Shown here piece after piece: positions 36,420-50,393 of a stretch of 64,000 bases of DNA (the stretch's first letter is position 1; each line of letters opens with the position of its first letter). Where the stretch lies: positions 4,464,001-4,528,000 of the forward strand of contig CP075493.1 in the NCBI GenBank assembly GCA_021613535.1, read 5' to 3'. The translations under genes and the position numbers were made by a program. Source of the DNA: Adineta vaga (Eukaryota; Animalia; Rotifera). The notes below the pieces were generated by a model, which saw only the letters and a program-made list of their open reading frames with translations, was not told the origin of the DNA and searched no databases.

Positions 36420-38173
36420 TTATGTAATTACATCCTGTTCGTTGAGAGAAGAATATGAATTAGCACGAGCTCTTTCATTTTGAGATAAACAAAGAGAATT
36501 CGTTAATGAAAAAGATGACAAAAGTGAACCAGGTACATCAGCATCTTGAGGTAACAGAGTATTCGAAAGAGACAGTGAAATTGGATTTACATCCACTTGA
36601 TTTATAGTCATCAATTCTTCTTCACCAGATTCTTCGATCGATTATGTACAAATATCTATGAGAAAAATAAATAGATACGTGTTAGTCTCCAAGAACAAGG
36701 CAATATTTACATGTTAAGAACAAATGGAATAACAGAAAGTCCACTAGCAAATAATAATGTAAAATTTTTCTCATAACTAACAGTTCGAGCATAAAGCCAA
36801 TTGAAAAATGAACTTCCAAAACAGACAATAATTGTATTAATTTCTGTTAATAATGTAAAAACATGAGTACGTTCGTGAACTTGTAATAATTTCGATAACA
36901 TCGATATTGTTAAAGTATTTTGATAAAAGGAGAATGGATGCATCAAAAGAGCCATATACAATTGCCAATTATTTCTTGCAAGCGCAGTTGTTAATGAATA
37001 ACCAAAAAAACAAAAATGTCCAACAGCACACATAAGTGTATCATTAGCACCGAAATAATTCAACATTTTCATTCCTACGACACTAAAAATCGCAGTAGCA
37101 ATCTGTGAAACAGCTGAAAAATTCCCGAGATCTGTTGATGTCCAACAAAATGGTGCTCCAAGAAGATACCAGAGTAGTGGTGATAGAGATGATGCTGCCA
37201 GTGTATGAAATATATAAGAAATAATGATGATAATTAGACGAACCGTTTTCGTCGATGAACGATGTTTGAAACTAAATATCATACACATTTCAAAACAGTG
37301 ATAACGATTGATTCTTGAAGGTGTCTTAATATTAGTATCTGTATGATTTGACGACAGAAGAGATGTTGTTTCATCAACTGTTGTTGTTGTTGTCGATGAT
37401 GATGAATTTGTCGATTTTGGAAGAAGTAAAATTGAAAAAATTGATAGCACTTGAAATCCAATGGCCATCCAAAAAAGATCAGCAAAACCACGCCATTGTA
37501 TATAGTATCCAATACCAAATGTTGCAACAGCAGATAAAGCTGTCGAGATAGCACCAATACCAACAAAACGTAATGAACGTTCAGTATCTTCCGTACTTTC
37601 AGTAATAATCAAATTGAGTACAATACCTAAAAGGAAATTGCACGAAAGCATGGATTCAAACATGTAATATCAGTACAAACTGAGAACATTTGTTCCACCA
37701 GAAAAACCGGCAACAAAAGCTGATATATACCACCAATATTCTGGCAAATTTTTATAAACAATTGCTTGATAAATAACAACATGAATACCATTGCCAAATA
37801 ATGATAAAAATAGAATTAATCGTCGATTCAATTGTGAAGCATAAAGACCAAATAAATATGTAATAACAATCACGGGAAATGCTCTCCATAATGTCGATTG
37901 AAATATCAAATCAGCTGATCGTTGTTGTGCCCAGACTTCTGCTGCATTAGCGGAAGTATTTGTAGTCGTATTTTGTTCACATGTTTCTTGATTTGATTCA
38001 TAAAAGTAAATCATCAACGAAGTGATATTCGTCCATTTTGGTGAATCATCATCATTTGGATAATTTTTCAAGAAAAATTGATAGATATATTGTCCAACGA
38101 TTGATAAACAGCAATTATACAATGTTTGAAAACATATCATAGATACAACAAAATAAGTATTGGTTGCAATCAT
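36420..38173 (-). CDS. MFS transporter, SLC46 (PCFT-like) family; exons 38173-37681, 37626-36711, 36655-end
   Basis: About 12 TM segments, YLLGAPFCW motif, GLYASQLNRR loop. Last exon stops at 36622 or continues to 36420 via a frameshift. Confidence 0.8.
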
Positions 38174-38657
38174 GGCGTCTGAATATCACCTGATGAGTAT
38201 AGCGTACATACCTCCATGTGTTTTTGTTTTTCACTGACAACAGTCAACAATTATTTCGTCTTTTTTTTCTTTCCTTCTATAAAAAAAAATAATTGCATCG
38301 CCAACGTCGTGAACGATTTCTTTTTTTTCGTTATTCATACAAAAAACGATGGCACGTTGTGATTTTTGTTAAAAATGTACTGTAAAACATTCGCGAAGTA
38401 GAATGTTGATGCATATGGACAGTTCAATCAAATATAAACGATAGAATTGTCGCTACCTGTCATTGATCTATTTGTGATGGTAAAACATTTTATTGTAGGC
38501 GAATGCCATCATATAAAAAAAAAGGTGATTTTTGTTTGGTCGATGAAAACAACGAATATAACGGTAGATAAAGATAAAACTTTTTGGAGTACCTATTTTC
38601 GACCTACTTGTTACAAATAACTATTGAATTAGTGTAATAGACACGAAGCTAAGTAAT

Positions 38658-39416
38658 ATGACTGATGATAATTCACCACTGGGAGAAATTGTTCCAAATT
38701 GGACACCACGAGCTCATCCTCTGTCCGATCCTCAATATCATAGTATTCAAGGTCAATATTGTCGACTTGAATTACTTAATTCCAAAACAAATGATCAAGT
38801 CTTTCAACAATTGTATGATGCATTCAAACCAATCGAAGACATGCATTTTAAATATTTAAAATACGGTCCATTTAAAACAGTCGATGATGTCAAAGAACTT
38901 GTACGTCAAAAAGAGCAGCCTAGTAGTAATACTGTTCTATATACGATCTTTGTTAATGATATCGCTGTCGGCTTTGTTGGTTATTTAAGAATTGATTGTG
39001 ATCAAGGTACAATTGAAATTGGAAATGTTAATTATGGTCATGAATTAGTACGAACACGACAAGCAACGGAAGTGGTCTTTTTGTTATTGAAATATGCATT
39101 TGATACACTTGGATATCGACGTGTTGAATGGCGATGTAATTCGTTGAATAGCAAATCTCGAGTAGCTGCTGGAAGATTTGGTTTTCAATATGAAGGTACA
39201 TGGTTGAAATCGGAAGTTGCGAAAGGTCGATCAAGAGATAATTCATGGCATAGTATTATCGATGATGAATGGTCATTAGTAAAACAAGAATTTCAACGTT
39301 GGTTAAATGCTAATAATTTTGATCAAACTGGTCAACAATTGACGAAATTAAATGCAAAAAAAGTGAATCCACGTCAACGAAAAATTACTGATGCCGATCA
39401 ACAAAAATATGATTAA
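38658..39416 (+). CDS. GNAT acetyltransferase, RimJ/RimL-like, intronless
   Basis: GTIEIGNV, AFDTLGYRRVEWRCNSLN, RFGFQYEG, KGRSRD.SW.SIIDDEW motifs. Confidence 0.9.
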   Translation: MTDDNSPLGEIVPNWTPRAHPLSDPQYHSIQGQYCRLELLNSKTNDQVFQQLYDAFKPIEDMHFKYLKYGPFKTVDDVKELVRQKEQPSSNTVLYTIFVNDIAVGFVGYLRIDCDQGTIEIGNVNYGHELVRTRQATEVVFLLLKYAFDTLGYRRVEWRCNSLNSKSRVAAGRFGFQYEGTWLKSEVAKGRSRDNSWHSIIDDEWSLVKQEFQRWLNANNFDQTGQQLTKLNAKKVNPRQRKITDADQQKYD

Positions 39417-39536
39417 TTTTAAAAGTTCAAATGAAGTTTTATCTTTTATTTTATTATTATTTGATTGAATAAATTATGATTTATATCTAGAGAAAAGTAG
39501 AATTTAAAAATAATAACTGTCTGTAAATGTTACAAT

Positions 39537-42500
39537 CTAAGAAAATAGTGGATGAAGTAATGAATACTCTGGGTGAGTTTCTCGAAGATGTATTATATGT
39601 AAACCATTTCCTGGATTTAATTGTCCAATAACTTGAAATTGAGTAGCAGGTAAAAGGAGAATTTCTTTTTCCTTTTGAAAATATGAATGAGCACCAATTG
39701 ACTTTCCGGTTTTACATTCAATATTAAATAATGTTCGAACACCAATTTGTCCAACAAATCGATTTGATTTGAGATAATGCAATGAATCAGTACAAGAACT
39801 AAATAAGATAAAACGAAATATAGAATGTTACCCGAAAAAAATCATTTTACCTAAATCCCCACCAAACAATAGTTTTACCCACTGGATATTCAGTACTTAA
39901 ATCCATTCGTACACCACGCCATACTGTTTGTTCGACGGATTTCAATTTGCATAGACCAGTTAGAAGAAGTTTTAAATATAATAAATATACACGTAGTTCA
40001 ATTCGATCTTCGGCTCGTAATGCACCGTTAAGTTTTGCATACAGTGATTGACTACCGAATGACCATTCCATTGTATACAATTGAATAGCAGCAGATTCAT
40101 CGTTTGTCAATCCATCAGATGGATTCATACTTCTGTCGAGAGCAATCAATGCATTTTGTTTAATTCTATGTACAATAGAATCGAGATGTTCAACAGCAGT
40201 AACCAATGATACTAATGGTATACTTTCATAACCTTCAATACTAGAAAATAATAGAAAAGCGACATTTTGATTAGGTTAAACTGCGAACGCTATGACATAC
40301 GATAAACGTGATGATTGTCGTTCATATTGAACATCTAAAAACCGTTCCTCTACTTTTGTGTATACTGGAAACTTATCTTCTATAAAAATACATATTATAT
40401 TTACGACTTGAAACTTTTTTCACATTTTGAATCTCAACATGAAAGAATTTCCAATATTCCCTCACATTCACAAACATAGACAAAGTAATAAAAAAAAAGT
40501 ATTCTTACTTGAATTGATAGATATAGATATATCTGAATATTCAGGTGTCGTATGTCTAAGTCAAAGAATATAATCAATCGAATGATTTTTTTATCTTATA
40601 TTATATACCGAATCAGGTTGATTTTTTCAGATGATGGATCAATCTGAATACGATTATCTCTATACCATTTATATCCATGATCATCAACAATCAATAATGT
40701 AACACGACCTTCTTGATGATATGAATATCCGATTAATTGATAGACATCATGTAAAGTTTTCTCCTCAATATTTTGTTCATTTACTTCAATAATGTAATCA
40801 CCATTGTATACTTGTGTATATGCAGCGGGTGATTCTAATTGAAGTTGTTGTATTCGATAGGCTTGATCATTTGTCAATATATTTGTTGCTCGAATTATTT
40901 CAAAACCAAGATCTTTATAATGAGCCCATGACTAATAAATATCATACAAAAGTCAGGATAGAAGAAACGAATGTTCTATTTAACAATGAATACATACTCG
41001 AATCGTACACAGTCGTATCTGTGGATATAATGATATCGATCTATATGTATCTTCATTCGTTACTTCTAATAATAAATGACCATCGATGATTTTAGTCTCA
41101 TCTTGAATTAATGATATCAGTTTATCTAATTTCATTTTAACCACAAGTTGGTTATTCACACGTATGATATAATCTCCAATAGAAAGACCTGCATTACTGG
41201 CTGGTGATAATGGTTTGATAGAAATAATTCGAAATGATATACCTTTTGTTTGTACAGAAAAGCCGTAATTTTCGAAGTTTTGATTTGCTTTTAAACGATA
41301 TTGACGTATGTTTTTCGATGAATTGTGTTTTGATAATTTATTCATTCGTAGAATTTCTAAATATTGTTGATAAATAGTTTTTTCTGCAACTAATAAAAGT
41401 ATTGTTTCATTGTTATTTAGACGATCGAGAAGATTAATTAATTGTTCATGAGTGAAATGTTCAATATTTTCATTATTAATCGATAGAATATAATCATTTA
41501 AATGAAGATTTGATAGATTGATTTGAAAATTTACATCAATAGACGTTATTACATGACTATACAATGAATTTTCATTGGATATTGTATGAAAATTGAAACC
41601 AAAACTATTTGAACATTTTTTAATGATTATAATCCGTGGTTGTGAGGACAATATTGATGATTCTTTAGATTTCGATGTGTTCAATAAAGATGTAGGCTTT
41701 GGATCAGTAGCTAGAATGTGTAGAGAGAAAAAAAAGAGTAGAAATTGAAAAAGAAGAATAAAGTGGTTCATACGACGAGGTGGTGGAATATTTGACGGAG
41801 AAGGTATATTTGGTGGTAGAATACAAACATTTGAAAGTTTTCGATAAATACGTTTGTTTTGTTGTTGATAGTAATGATAAGTTGGAACATCGACTACTAA
41901 CAGTTGTAATGAATTTGGATATTTAATTGCATGAATACGCTGTTTAATTTCTTCATTAGTAAGATTTTCAATATTTTTACCATTAATTTCGATTAATCGA
42001 TCATTAGGTTTTATACCAGCAAGTTCAGCATCTATAACTCATCATCAATATATCTAGAGGTTGAATGATAGTAAAATTCTTACCTGATAATCGATTCTGA
42101 CAACTTGGTACGATATTTAATACATGTGATCGTTCTTTTTGATTATAATCTATAACAAAACCAGGCGGGTCTCTTGAATTAGTTCGTAGAATTGTACACA
42201 ATCGAATATCTTCTTGTAATACTTTAGATAATCATAATTTGAATCTTACTTATTTCGATCAATTCTACTTACTTGATATTTCAGGATTTGATATATGATG
42301 TACTTTTGATGGTTCTGTACGATTTGGTGTAGATTGATTTTTTAATGTCAAATGTTTATTATTCATTTCTTGAAATAGTTTTATCGATTGACTCTTTCGT
42401 AATCCACTTGATGATAAAGGTATTTTGTTTGCTTTAAAATATCTATATGTTTCAGTATCAACGACATATAATTTTACTGAACGTCTTGTCTCGGCTTTAT

Positions 42501-43125
42501 TTAACTTTTTAAGTATAGAATCACTTGAATCATTATCGACATATTTATCATTGATTTCAATTATTCGATCATACTTACGTAAGGATGTTTTACTGGCTGG
42601 TGATTTTGGTTTTATTTCTTCAATGAATAGTCCGATTTTATTTTCACCTTCAGCAATAGTAAGACCAAAACTTGTATCTTTCTCATGTAAATCGATAATG
42701 CATGTACGTGGTTGATATTTATGGAAATACTTATATTCAATTGGCATGACACGAGGTGTTTCAATGATTTTAGCTGATGCTGCTTTAATAAAAATATCTT
42801 CTTGACTCAACAGTGCATGTGCATCTTTTGCAATAACTAATAATTCAAGACGATTAGAACTCGATTGTGATGTTCGTATGATTTCTTTTAATTCATCATA
42901 AGTCATTGATGAAATATCATAATTATTCACAAAAAGAAGAACATCATGTATTCGAAGACCACCAGCAACAGCTGGACTATGTGATTCAACACTTTGAATT
43001 ATATAAGGTGGTAGAGGTACTGAAGCATCGAGACTAAAACCAAAGCCATTATAATTAGACCATGTACATAATCGACAAATACGAATACAGTCATCATTTG
43101 AATATTTTGTTTTAATTGCAGCCAT
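39537..43125 (-). CDS. Six NHERF/PDZK1-like PDZ domains fused to a C-terminal R-S-E ADP-ribosyltransferase (~1020 aa, 9 exons)
   Basis: Exons 43125-42273, 42221-42084, 42031-41774, 41710-40998, 40931-40609, 40555-40509, 40379-40301, 40240-39851, 39798-39537. All introns are GT..AG, total 3063 nt in frame. PDZ signatures GFGF, SFGL, PPGF, SFGF, NYGF, DLGF; ART motifs VWRG, FSSCT, EKE. Confidence 0.8.
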
Positions 43126-43329
43126 AAAAATTCGTTTTTATCGAAACTCAAGAAGTGAAATACTATATTGAAAGAATAGACTTTTTATTGAAGCTTACAG
43201 TCTAGTATTAATCGCTTAATGCGATAAGAATATCTCATTCAAACAATATCAGAGACTGGATTCTTTGTGTTTTTATGATTTATTATTGCATTTTACTATA
43301 GAATTGTTGCTTGATCCTTAATATAACAT

Positions 43330-44268
43330 TATCAATACAAAACACATGGCCATGTTCTTTTATCATTCGATACTCATTCATCCGTTACAATCAATACGAG
43401 TTTCGTTCATTTCTTTATTCATTCTATACAATTCGATGGAGAAGAATAGTTAATATACATTCACCTGTATGTTGTTTTTTAACGACAAAAACGTAACTTC
43501 AATAATTTGATTGCCGACCTTTCTCTCCAGCGAGACGATACGTGTCCTTACATCTTGGCTCGTATAAGTGAGAAAATAAAGTCCACGTTCAATGAATGAC
43601 CGCTTACCAACATCAAACAATCATATCAACCGATATGTTCAAGTAATGGCATTTATTTCAAGTAGATTTCTATGGACACTCTCTCTATCCAAATCGAATA
43701 AGGAACCGATGACAGATTCTATTTTTTTCACAAAGAACTTCTATCGAACAGTTTCCATCTTCAAAATTCGACTTAATAGTATGTTTTTATTTCAAATTTA
43801 TTTACAAAATAATAGCCTTCTATATCTGTTTGTAGAGCACAATATACATAACATGATATTATCGATTACAATCCTCAACATTATATTCCTATGCAATCGA
43901 ATGAAGAAACTGATACAAAGAACTCGTAAACCATAATATTTTCCATCAAAAAATGAATATTTGGTAGAAATCTATCATCGTCCAGCGACAATATTCTTCT
44001 TCTTGGTGGCTGTCATATGTGTACTGATGATACTTGTAGTTGTAATATGAGCTCAAGCCTCCCCATTTATATATACAATGCGGAACGCATGAATGGCAAA
44101 TGATTGAATCAAGTTTCTTATAAATATATTTCAAAAACAATTTGACATACGTGTATTACCAAGAGTTGTGAAAAACTTATCTAATGATATAATACAACCA
44201 TATAAAGATTTCACTTTGAATAAAATGCTTTTTATTTTGAATTCTTTCGTGATCCTTCTCATTGCCAT
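43330..44268 (-). pseudogene. Degraded coding relic, possibly ubiquitin-conjugating (E2)-like at its 5' end
   Basis: Begins MAMRRITKEF; scattered PP / LPNI / GK-like fragments in broken frames with many stops. Confidence 0.25.
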
Positions 44269-44919
44269 TTGTTTCGATATGTGTCTACAATATGTTTAGA
44301 AATATTCACGAGTAGAATAGTTGTTTGTTGATAAAATACTTGGGCACATTTAGTGTAAGAAAGTATATTCTATCGAGCTATAGACGAAATGACATCATAT
44401 AAAATGAAGAAAAAAAACGTTCTTTTATTTTTTATAATAATCTCACTATATTTACAATTGAATATAAATATCTTTTCGATTTAAAGAAAGTTCTATACAT
44501 TTGACATCTATGATAAATCATGTTAGATTGTGACCTCTATATACAATTATATCATTCATTTCGCTCTTATCCATTAATATTATGACACGTCATTCTTCTT
44601 GAATTCGTTGTTTTCACTAACTTCTTTCATATGATTGTTAAAAACAATCATCAATCTAAATATAATATGAACGTCATTCAAATGCATATATATTTACAGA
44701 GCATAAGTGATTATTTGTTTTCTACAGAATCGATGTGACGCATTTTTCTTTCAGAGAATAAAATTTTTTCAAAGAAAATATATTGTCTATTTGTTGCGTA
44801 ATATGTCAATAATGATTCATTAAAACTTAACATCATTTTATTATTACTACGAAAAACACAATATATAAATAGGAGATTGAAATCCTTACTCAAGCAATTT
44901 TTTTACTTTTCCATAGACT

Positions 44920-45612
44920 ATGTCAAATACAAAGTCTCGTGTACGCCTAATTTTTATTCGTCATGGTCAATCGGAAGCTAACCTTCTTTCGGAAACTATA
45001 TGTGGTCAAAATATTCCAAGTAGATTAAGTCCATTAGGATGCGAACAAGCTGTTCTGTTAGGCAAACGATTAAAATATCAGAAGATTAATTTCGATTATA
45101 TTCTGTGTTCAAATGCAATGCGTGCAAAACAAACAGCAGAAATTGCTTTACAATTAACCAATATGGATGTATCAAAATTAATCCTATCCGATGCACTTTT
45201 AGAACAATCACAAGGTGATTGGGAAGGAAAGAATCGTTACTTATGTTATACAGCAGAAATTATGACACGAATGAGTGATTTACATATTGAATTTAGTTCA
45301 CCCAATGGTGAATCTATTCGAATGGTACAAAAACGTGCAATTGAATTTTTAGAACCATATATTGAACGAGCAAAACAACAAAGTATAGAAGAAAATCGAG
45401 AAATATCTATTGCTATATTTGGTCATGCTAATTGTACACGATCTATTTTACAATATTATTTGGAAACAAATGCGAGATATTCATGGCTTATTGGACAAGA
45501 AAATACTTCAATAACTGAAATTCTATTTAATGAACATGGTACAGCGATGGTTAAAGTTAATGATGCAGCACATTTAACATTTCCCATACCTGACTTGTCT
45601 GAAGAGAAATAA
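44920..45612 (+). CDS. Histidine phosphatase (phosphoglycerate mutase-like) family protein
   Basis: FIRHGQS, RAKQTA, LLEQSQGDWEG, GES, FGHA, ENTSI motifs. Confidence 0.9.
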   Translation: MSNTKSRVRLIFIRHGQSEANLLSETICGQNIPSRLSPLGCEQAVLLGKRLKYQKINFDYILCSNAMRAKQTAEIALQLTNMDVSKLILSDALLEQSQGDWEGKNRYLCYTAEIMTRMSDLHIEFSSPNGESIRMVQKRAIEFLEPYIERAKQQSIEENREISIAIFGHANCTRSILQYYLETNARYSWLIGQENTSITEILFNEHGTAMVKVNDAAHLTFPIPDLSEEK

Positions 45613-45719
45613 TATGTTTAACACTAAATTTTATACTCGTACAAATTCTTAGGAAAATATCTTGTTTGTTTAATGCTACTTATTTTGAATAGAAAAAATA
45701 AAGTTTTAATCAATACAAT

Positions 45720-47776
45720 TCAGTCATCCATATCTATTAAAACTGTTTTTGAGATACTTGAAGGTTCTGAATTAGATCGATTATTTCCATGATAAGTATA
45801 ATTTTGTGCTCGTTTATTTGTTGCTAGTTTGTACTGGTGAGTTGGTTGAGATAATAAATCGATTCCATTACTACTAGAAATTTGTTTCTCAAGACCATAA
45901 TGAAGTACTATGGTTTTTATCACATAGTATCGAAGAAAATAGATCAATAGTTTACTTGAAATAATCAGAAAAAGACCACTTCCAATGATTATAGCGATAA
46001 TTTCACTTATAGTTAAATGAGCGGCAATCTTTTTCGCTGATAAAATAGTAATTGTTGTAGTACTTGCTTCTGTCACAGTAGTCAGTGTGGATGTTGTCAT
46101 CGATGTTGTTGTTGTTCGAGTCACTATGGTTCGTTGACTAGGTATCTAAATGTAAATGTAAACGTACACAACGATGATTTTTATAATTTTGAAAAATAAA
46201 CGGAACTTACTGTACGTATACGTAAAGTAGATGTCACAGAAGTTGTTGACGTAGAAGTCGTGGTAGAACTTGTTGTTTCATAAGGTATATCAAAAGGCCA
46301 AAAAGTTGAATCCACAATAGGCATGGATGATTTAGTACATGTAGAAGCAAGAGCAAGGATACCACTATCAAAATAGATATAATATTGTTCACCAGGAGTC
46401 CATAAAACATTCGATGTGATAACGAGACGATCCGAAAGATAGAGAACATTAGTTGTTTCAGTGACAACGTTAAGACGAAATACATCTGCATTATCGGATA
46501 AACGTTTAAAACGAATGTATGATTCAATTGATGGTCGCATATACTCATCATTTCCCGTAAATATGGTCCATATTGATGTTACTGAAGTTACTGTTCCCAT
46601 CGGAAAACGTGTCATGTTTTGTGTATAGAGAGGATTCATTAATACTGAAGGTGATTCAATGATGAAACGAAGACATGCTGATGCACCTTGATTACCAATA
46701 GAATCAACACCAGAAAAACAATAGAGATTTTGACCATATTGATCTGCACTAGCAAAATAATAAATAAAATAGATAAAAATTGTCGGATCAAATGGATCTG
46801 TTACGAGTTCAGTATTTGTTAAACCTGGTGGATTTACGGATATAATACTAGTTACATTTGACTTGGGGCATTGTACTTGCAGACGTATTCGAGTTTTAAA
46901 TGTTGTATTAGCTGTCAAATAGATACATTTATCAGCCAAAAGATCACCAACATAAAGTGGTCCAGTCCAACATGGATTCGGAGAATCGTAAACACGAAAA
47001 ACAAATTGAATTGGAACTTGAGATAGATATGATGATGGAGGACTAGTTGGTGTTTCATAATCCACAATGGTTAATGCTACTGCATAATAACCAGATATAT
47101 TAGGAGTAAAAGTTAGATAACAGCTAGTCTCATTAAGTGTTGCACCAGGAATATTATCTGTTAAGTTTCCACATTGTCTCGTTCCATTTGACCAAAGACA
47201 TTGGTAAGGATCAAAATCATTATCAGCAACATTTATTTTCAGAACATATGTTTTTAAACGACGTAGTATATAAATAGGTAACATAGTTACAACAGGAGCA
47301 TTATTATAACGACCACTGGGTCGTTTATATGTTTGAATTTGAACAGCTACACTCCAATCAGCATCAGCACTATAGACTAATAAAAACCAGCCTTTATCAC
47401 TAAATGTTGCAACAAAACTAGCATTTTTGCGAACATTAAATGTAAAACGACCTTCACCAGCAGCATACTGTTCACTGATACTATAACCTGTGCATGGTAC
47501 TTGAACAGAACCAAGAGTTGAAAGACCAGTTGGACATGTACTTACACATTTGATACTTCCAGCTCCCAAAAGTGGTAATCTATTTGGTATGGTAAGACCA
47601 GTACATACTGGTGTATAAGCATCATATTTCCATGCATGCCTTTGTAAGATTTCAATCAGAACATTCGTAGATGAACTTTCATTCAATACACGCCATGATA
47701 TCATCGAACCACGATAATGTTTAGTACTAGCATGGTCTATTATTATAATAAAAAGTAAAACAATGTCTATCCACAT
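45720..47776 (-). CDS. Type I membrane protein with Ig/cadherin-like ectodomain and Thr-rich stalk; exons 47776-46211, 46145-45720
   Basis: Signal peptide, HYRGSMISW, NNAPV, VADNDFD, GYYAVALTIVD; 65-nt phase-0 intron; TM segment IIAIIIGSGLFLII. Confidence 0.75.
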
Positions 47777-48116
47777 ATTTTTCGAAATGTAATTATTGAT
47801 CTGCTATCAACATAAAGGAGTCCATCAAAAGAATTGTCATGAATATAAATTATTTATTTGCAAAAACAAATTCCATTGTATGTAAATAACAAGGCGGCGG
47901 ACAAACTATAGTTATATTACTTAAAAAGACAAAAGTATGCTGGATGACATAAAAAGTATGAACTGAAAAAAGCTTCTATACTATGTATGCACTATTTCAT
48001 AATTACATATCTGGTTATTATACAAGATATATAACAATTATGTTCGTTATTAACTTTAGGTGTAAACAATTTCTTTAAAAGAAACAACGATCAGTTTTGT
48101 TTAAATATTCGTATTT

Positions 48117-50393
48117 TTATTGAACAGGACATTGTATTTGTATCGGATTAGCAGCATTTGTATCAACTTTAACTCCAGGTACATCTTGTGGATTCTCAAG
48201 AAATTCGGATGGAAATCGTTTTCGAATGAATTCAGTTGCTGGTAAATGAAATTTTTCATAGAAAGCAACGAAGATTTTATCTTTGTCTTCTGTCGACAAC
48301 GTTATGTAGCCTGGATGTTTCTTCAGAATCATTTCATTGAAACCAGTATTATAGAGATCAAGAGTTTTTTCAATTTCTAATGCTGTTGGACGTCGTTTTG
48401 GATCATCTACTGTACATCGAGCGATTAAATCAGCAAATATAGGACTCGGTTCTGAAAACGCAATTTTATTATCAGCACGTGGTTGAAACACGTGTCTTTT
48501 TGATGTAAAAAGTTCATTTAATGTTAGACCAAATGTAAATATATCAAGTTTCTGATCATAACTACCTCGATAAAATTCCGGTGGCATATATGGTTGACAT
48601 CCAATCATTGTATGTTGATTCATTGGATCGATCACTCGTGCAATACCCATATCACCAATTTTGGCTATATAATATTCATTAACAAGAATATTATCAGGTC
48701 GAATATCTCGATGAATCATTCGATGTTCATGAATTTTTCTCATTCCACTAACAATATGTCTTGCCATATCAAGTTTTCGTCGTAAAGATATCTGATTTCC
48801 TTTATCTTTAATCAAACTAGCAAGACTACCACGAGACATATATTCCATTATGAGCATATAAACTTTTCCTTTCTCATGAATTCCTGCTGAGAAACCATAT
48901 GTTTTTAAAATATAAGCACCCGATAATTCTGTATAAGCTGCAATTTCTTTCAAGAAACTTTTTTCCAATATTTCAGCATTAACTGTCGGTGGTACTAAAA
49001 TAAGTTTACATGCTACAGGACGTTTTTTTGATAACCATTTTGCTTTATATACTGCACCTAGTTATTCGATAAAGAAAAATATGAGTTTTTTCTAATCAGC
49101 CATAAAAATGTAATTGTCAAAGAAAACATACCAAATGCACCTTTTCCCAATTCATCACCTAATTCAATATCAGACGCAGGAATTCGATGGACAGGTTCAC
49201 GAGATATAACAATAAGTGGATGAGTAGATTCATGTTTTTTACTAATAATATCTCTTGCTAAACATCGTTGACATAAATTATAATTGGGACATGTATCACA
49301 TTTAAATCTTAATCCTATAATTGGAACAATATCACATCCATCACAACTAATTGAATCATGTACATCGTTTTTATGAAATTCTTGAAGTTTACTCAAAGTG
49401 ATATCAGCATCTGTAACTGTTCGGCCAAAGATTTCACCAGGTGTTTTAAAATGAACGAATGCATGACCACTTTTATGATGATTCGATTCTCGACGTCGTT
49501 CAAAACATCGTGCACATAAATTGATTTTTTCGCAATGCAAACATTTATATCGATCAGTTCGAATAGGAGAACAACCACATGCAGTGCACTGTACTCGATG
49601 AAATTCTCCATTATCATTCTCGGTAGACGTATTATTTCCAAGCATTAATTGTAAAATTTGCATCAATACTGCATTACGAATTGCCTTCTCTTCTTTTTCA
49701 TCTCTACTTGAACCTTCTAAAAAGATGGATTCATCTGTGATTATACACATTTAATTTAGAATGAAACTAACGAGCGTGCTACTATAAATAGATATTTTTC
49801 GAAAGAGTATCTCTTACTCGTTTCTTCTTGTACATCAGAAAGAATGTTCGATTTTGTTCGTATAGCACTGTCTGAATGTGATGTTTTTGATATTAGTGTA
49901 TTGTCATCTTCTAAATAAAAACTAGTATAAGTAATCAAAGATGATATCGAATCTTCAACTTGAATATTCATTTGTTGATACAGCACTACTGTTAGTAGAT
50001 TGTGTTGGAGATATATTTCCATAAAGTCTTTCGCAATCATGTCGTGTTCCTAAGAAAGTGTTCAAGTTACGTTATTCTATATGTATTGTATAGACATAAT
50101 ATACCTTTTAAGAGAATCGTTCCTTTGCATTCTCTACCGTTGTAATTCACTGTATATGTTTCATAGACTTGAATCGATGTTGGAGAAGCTTTTATTTGAT
50201 TTAATGGTACAATATCGAAATTTTTTCTATCTGACCATCGTATCAAACAATATTGTTCATTGGTAGTATATTCACTTTCTGAAATGATACCATATCCAAT
50301 GTGTATATATATATATATATGTAATGCAATTCGAAAAAGAAAATACTTACCCTCTCGCTCACTCGTTGTTTGTTTTAGAAAACGACGAAACAT
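48117..50393 (-). CDS. Protein kinase (TKL-like) with two ZZ-type zinc fingers; multi-exon
   Basis: ZZ: CTACGC...RYKCLHC...NLC..C...H; CDGC...RFKCDTCPNYNLC. Kinase: GKGAFG-AVYKA (intron 49131-49058), VACK, HRDIRPDN, GDMG, YMPPE. Upstream exons 50393-50105, 50049-49960, 49910-49818 splice in frame but are less certain. Confidence 0.85.
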
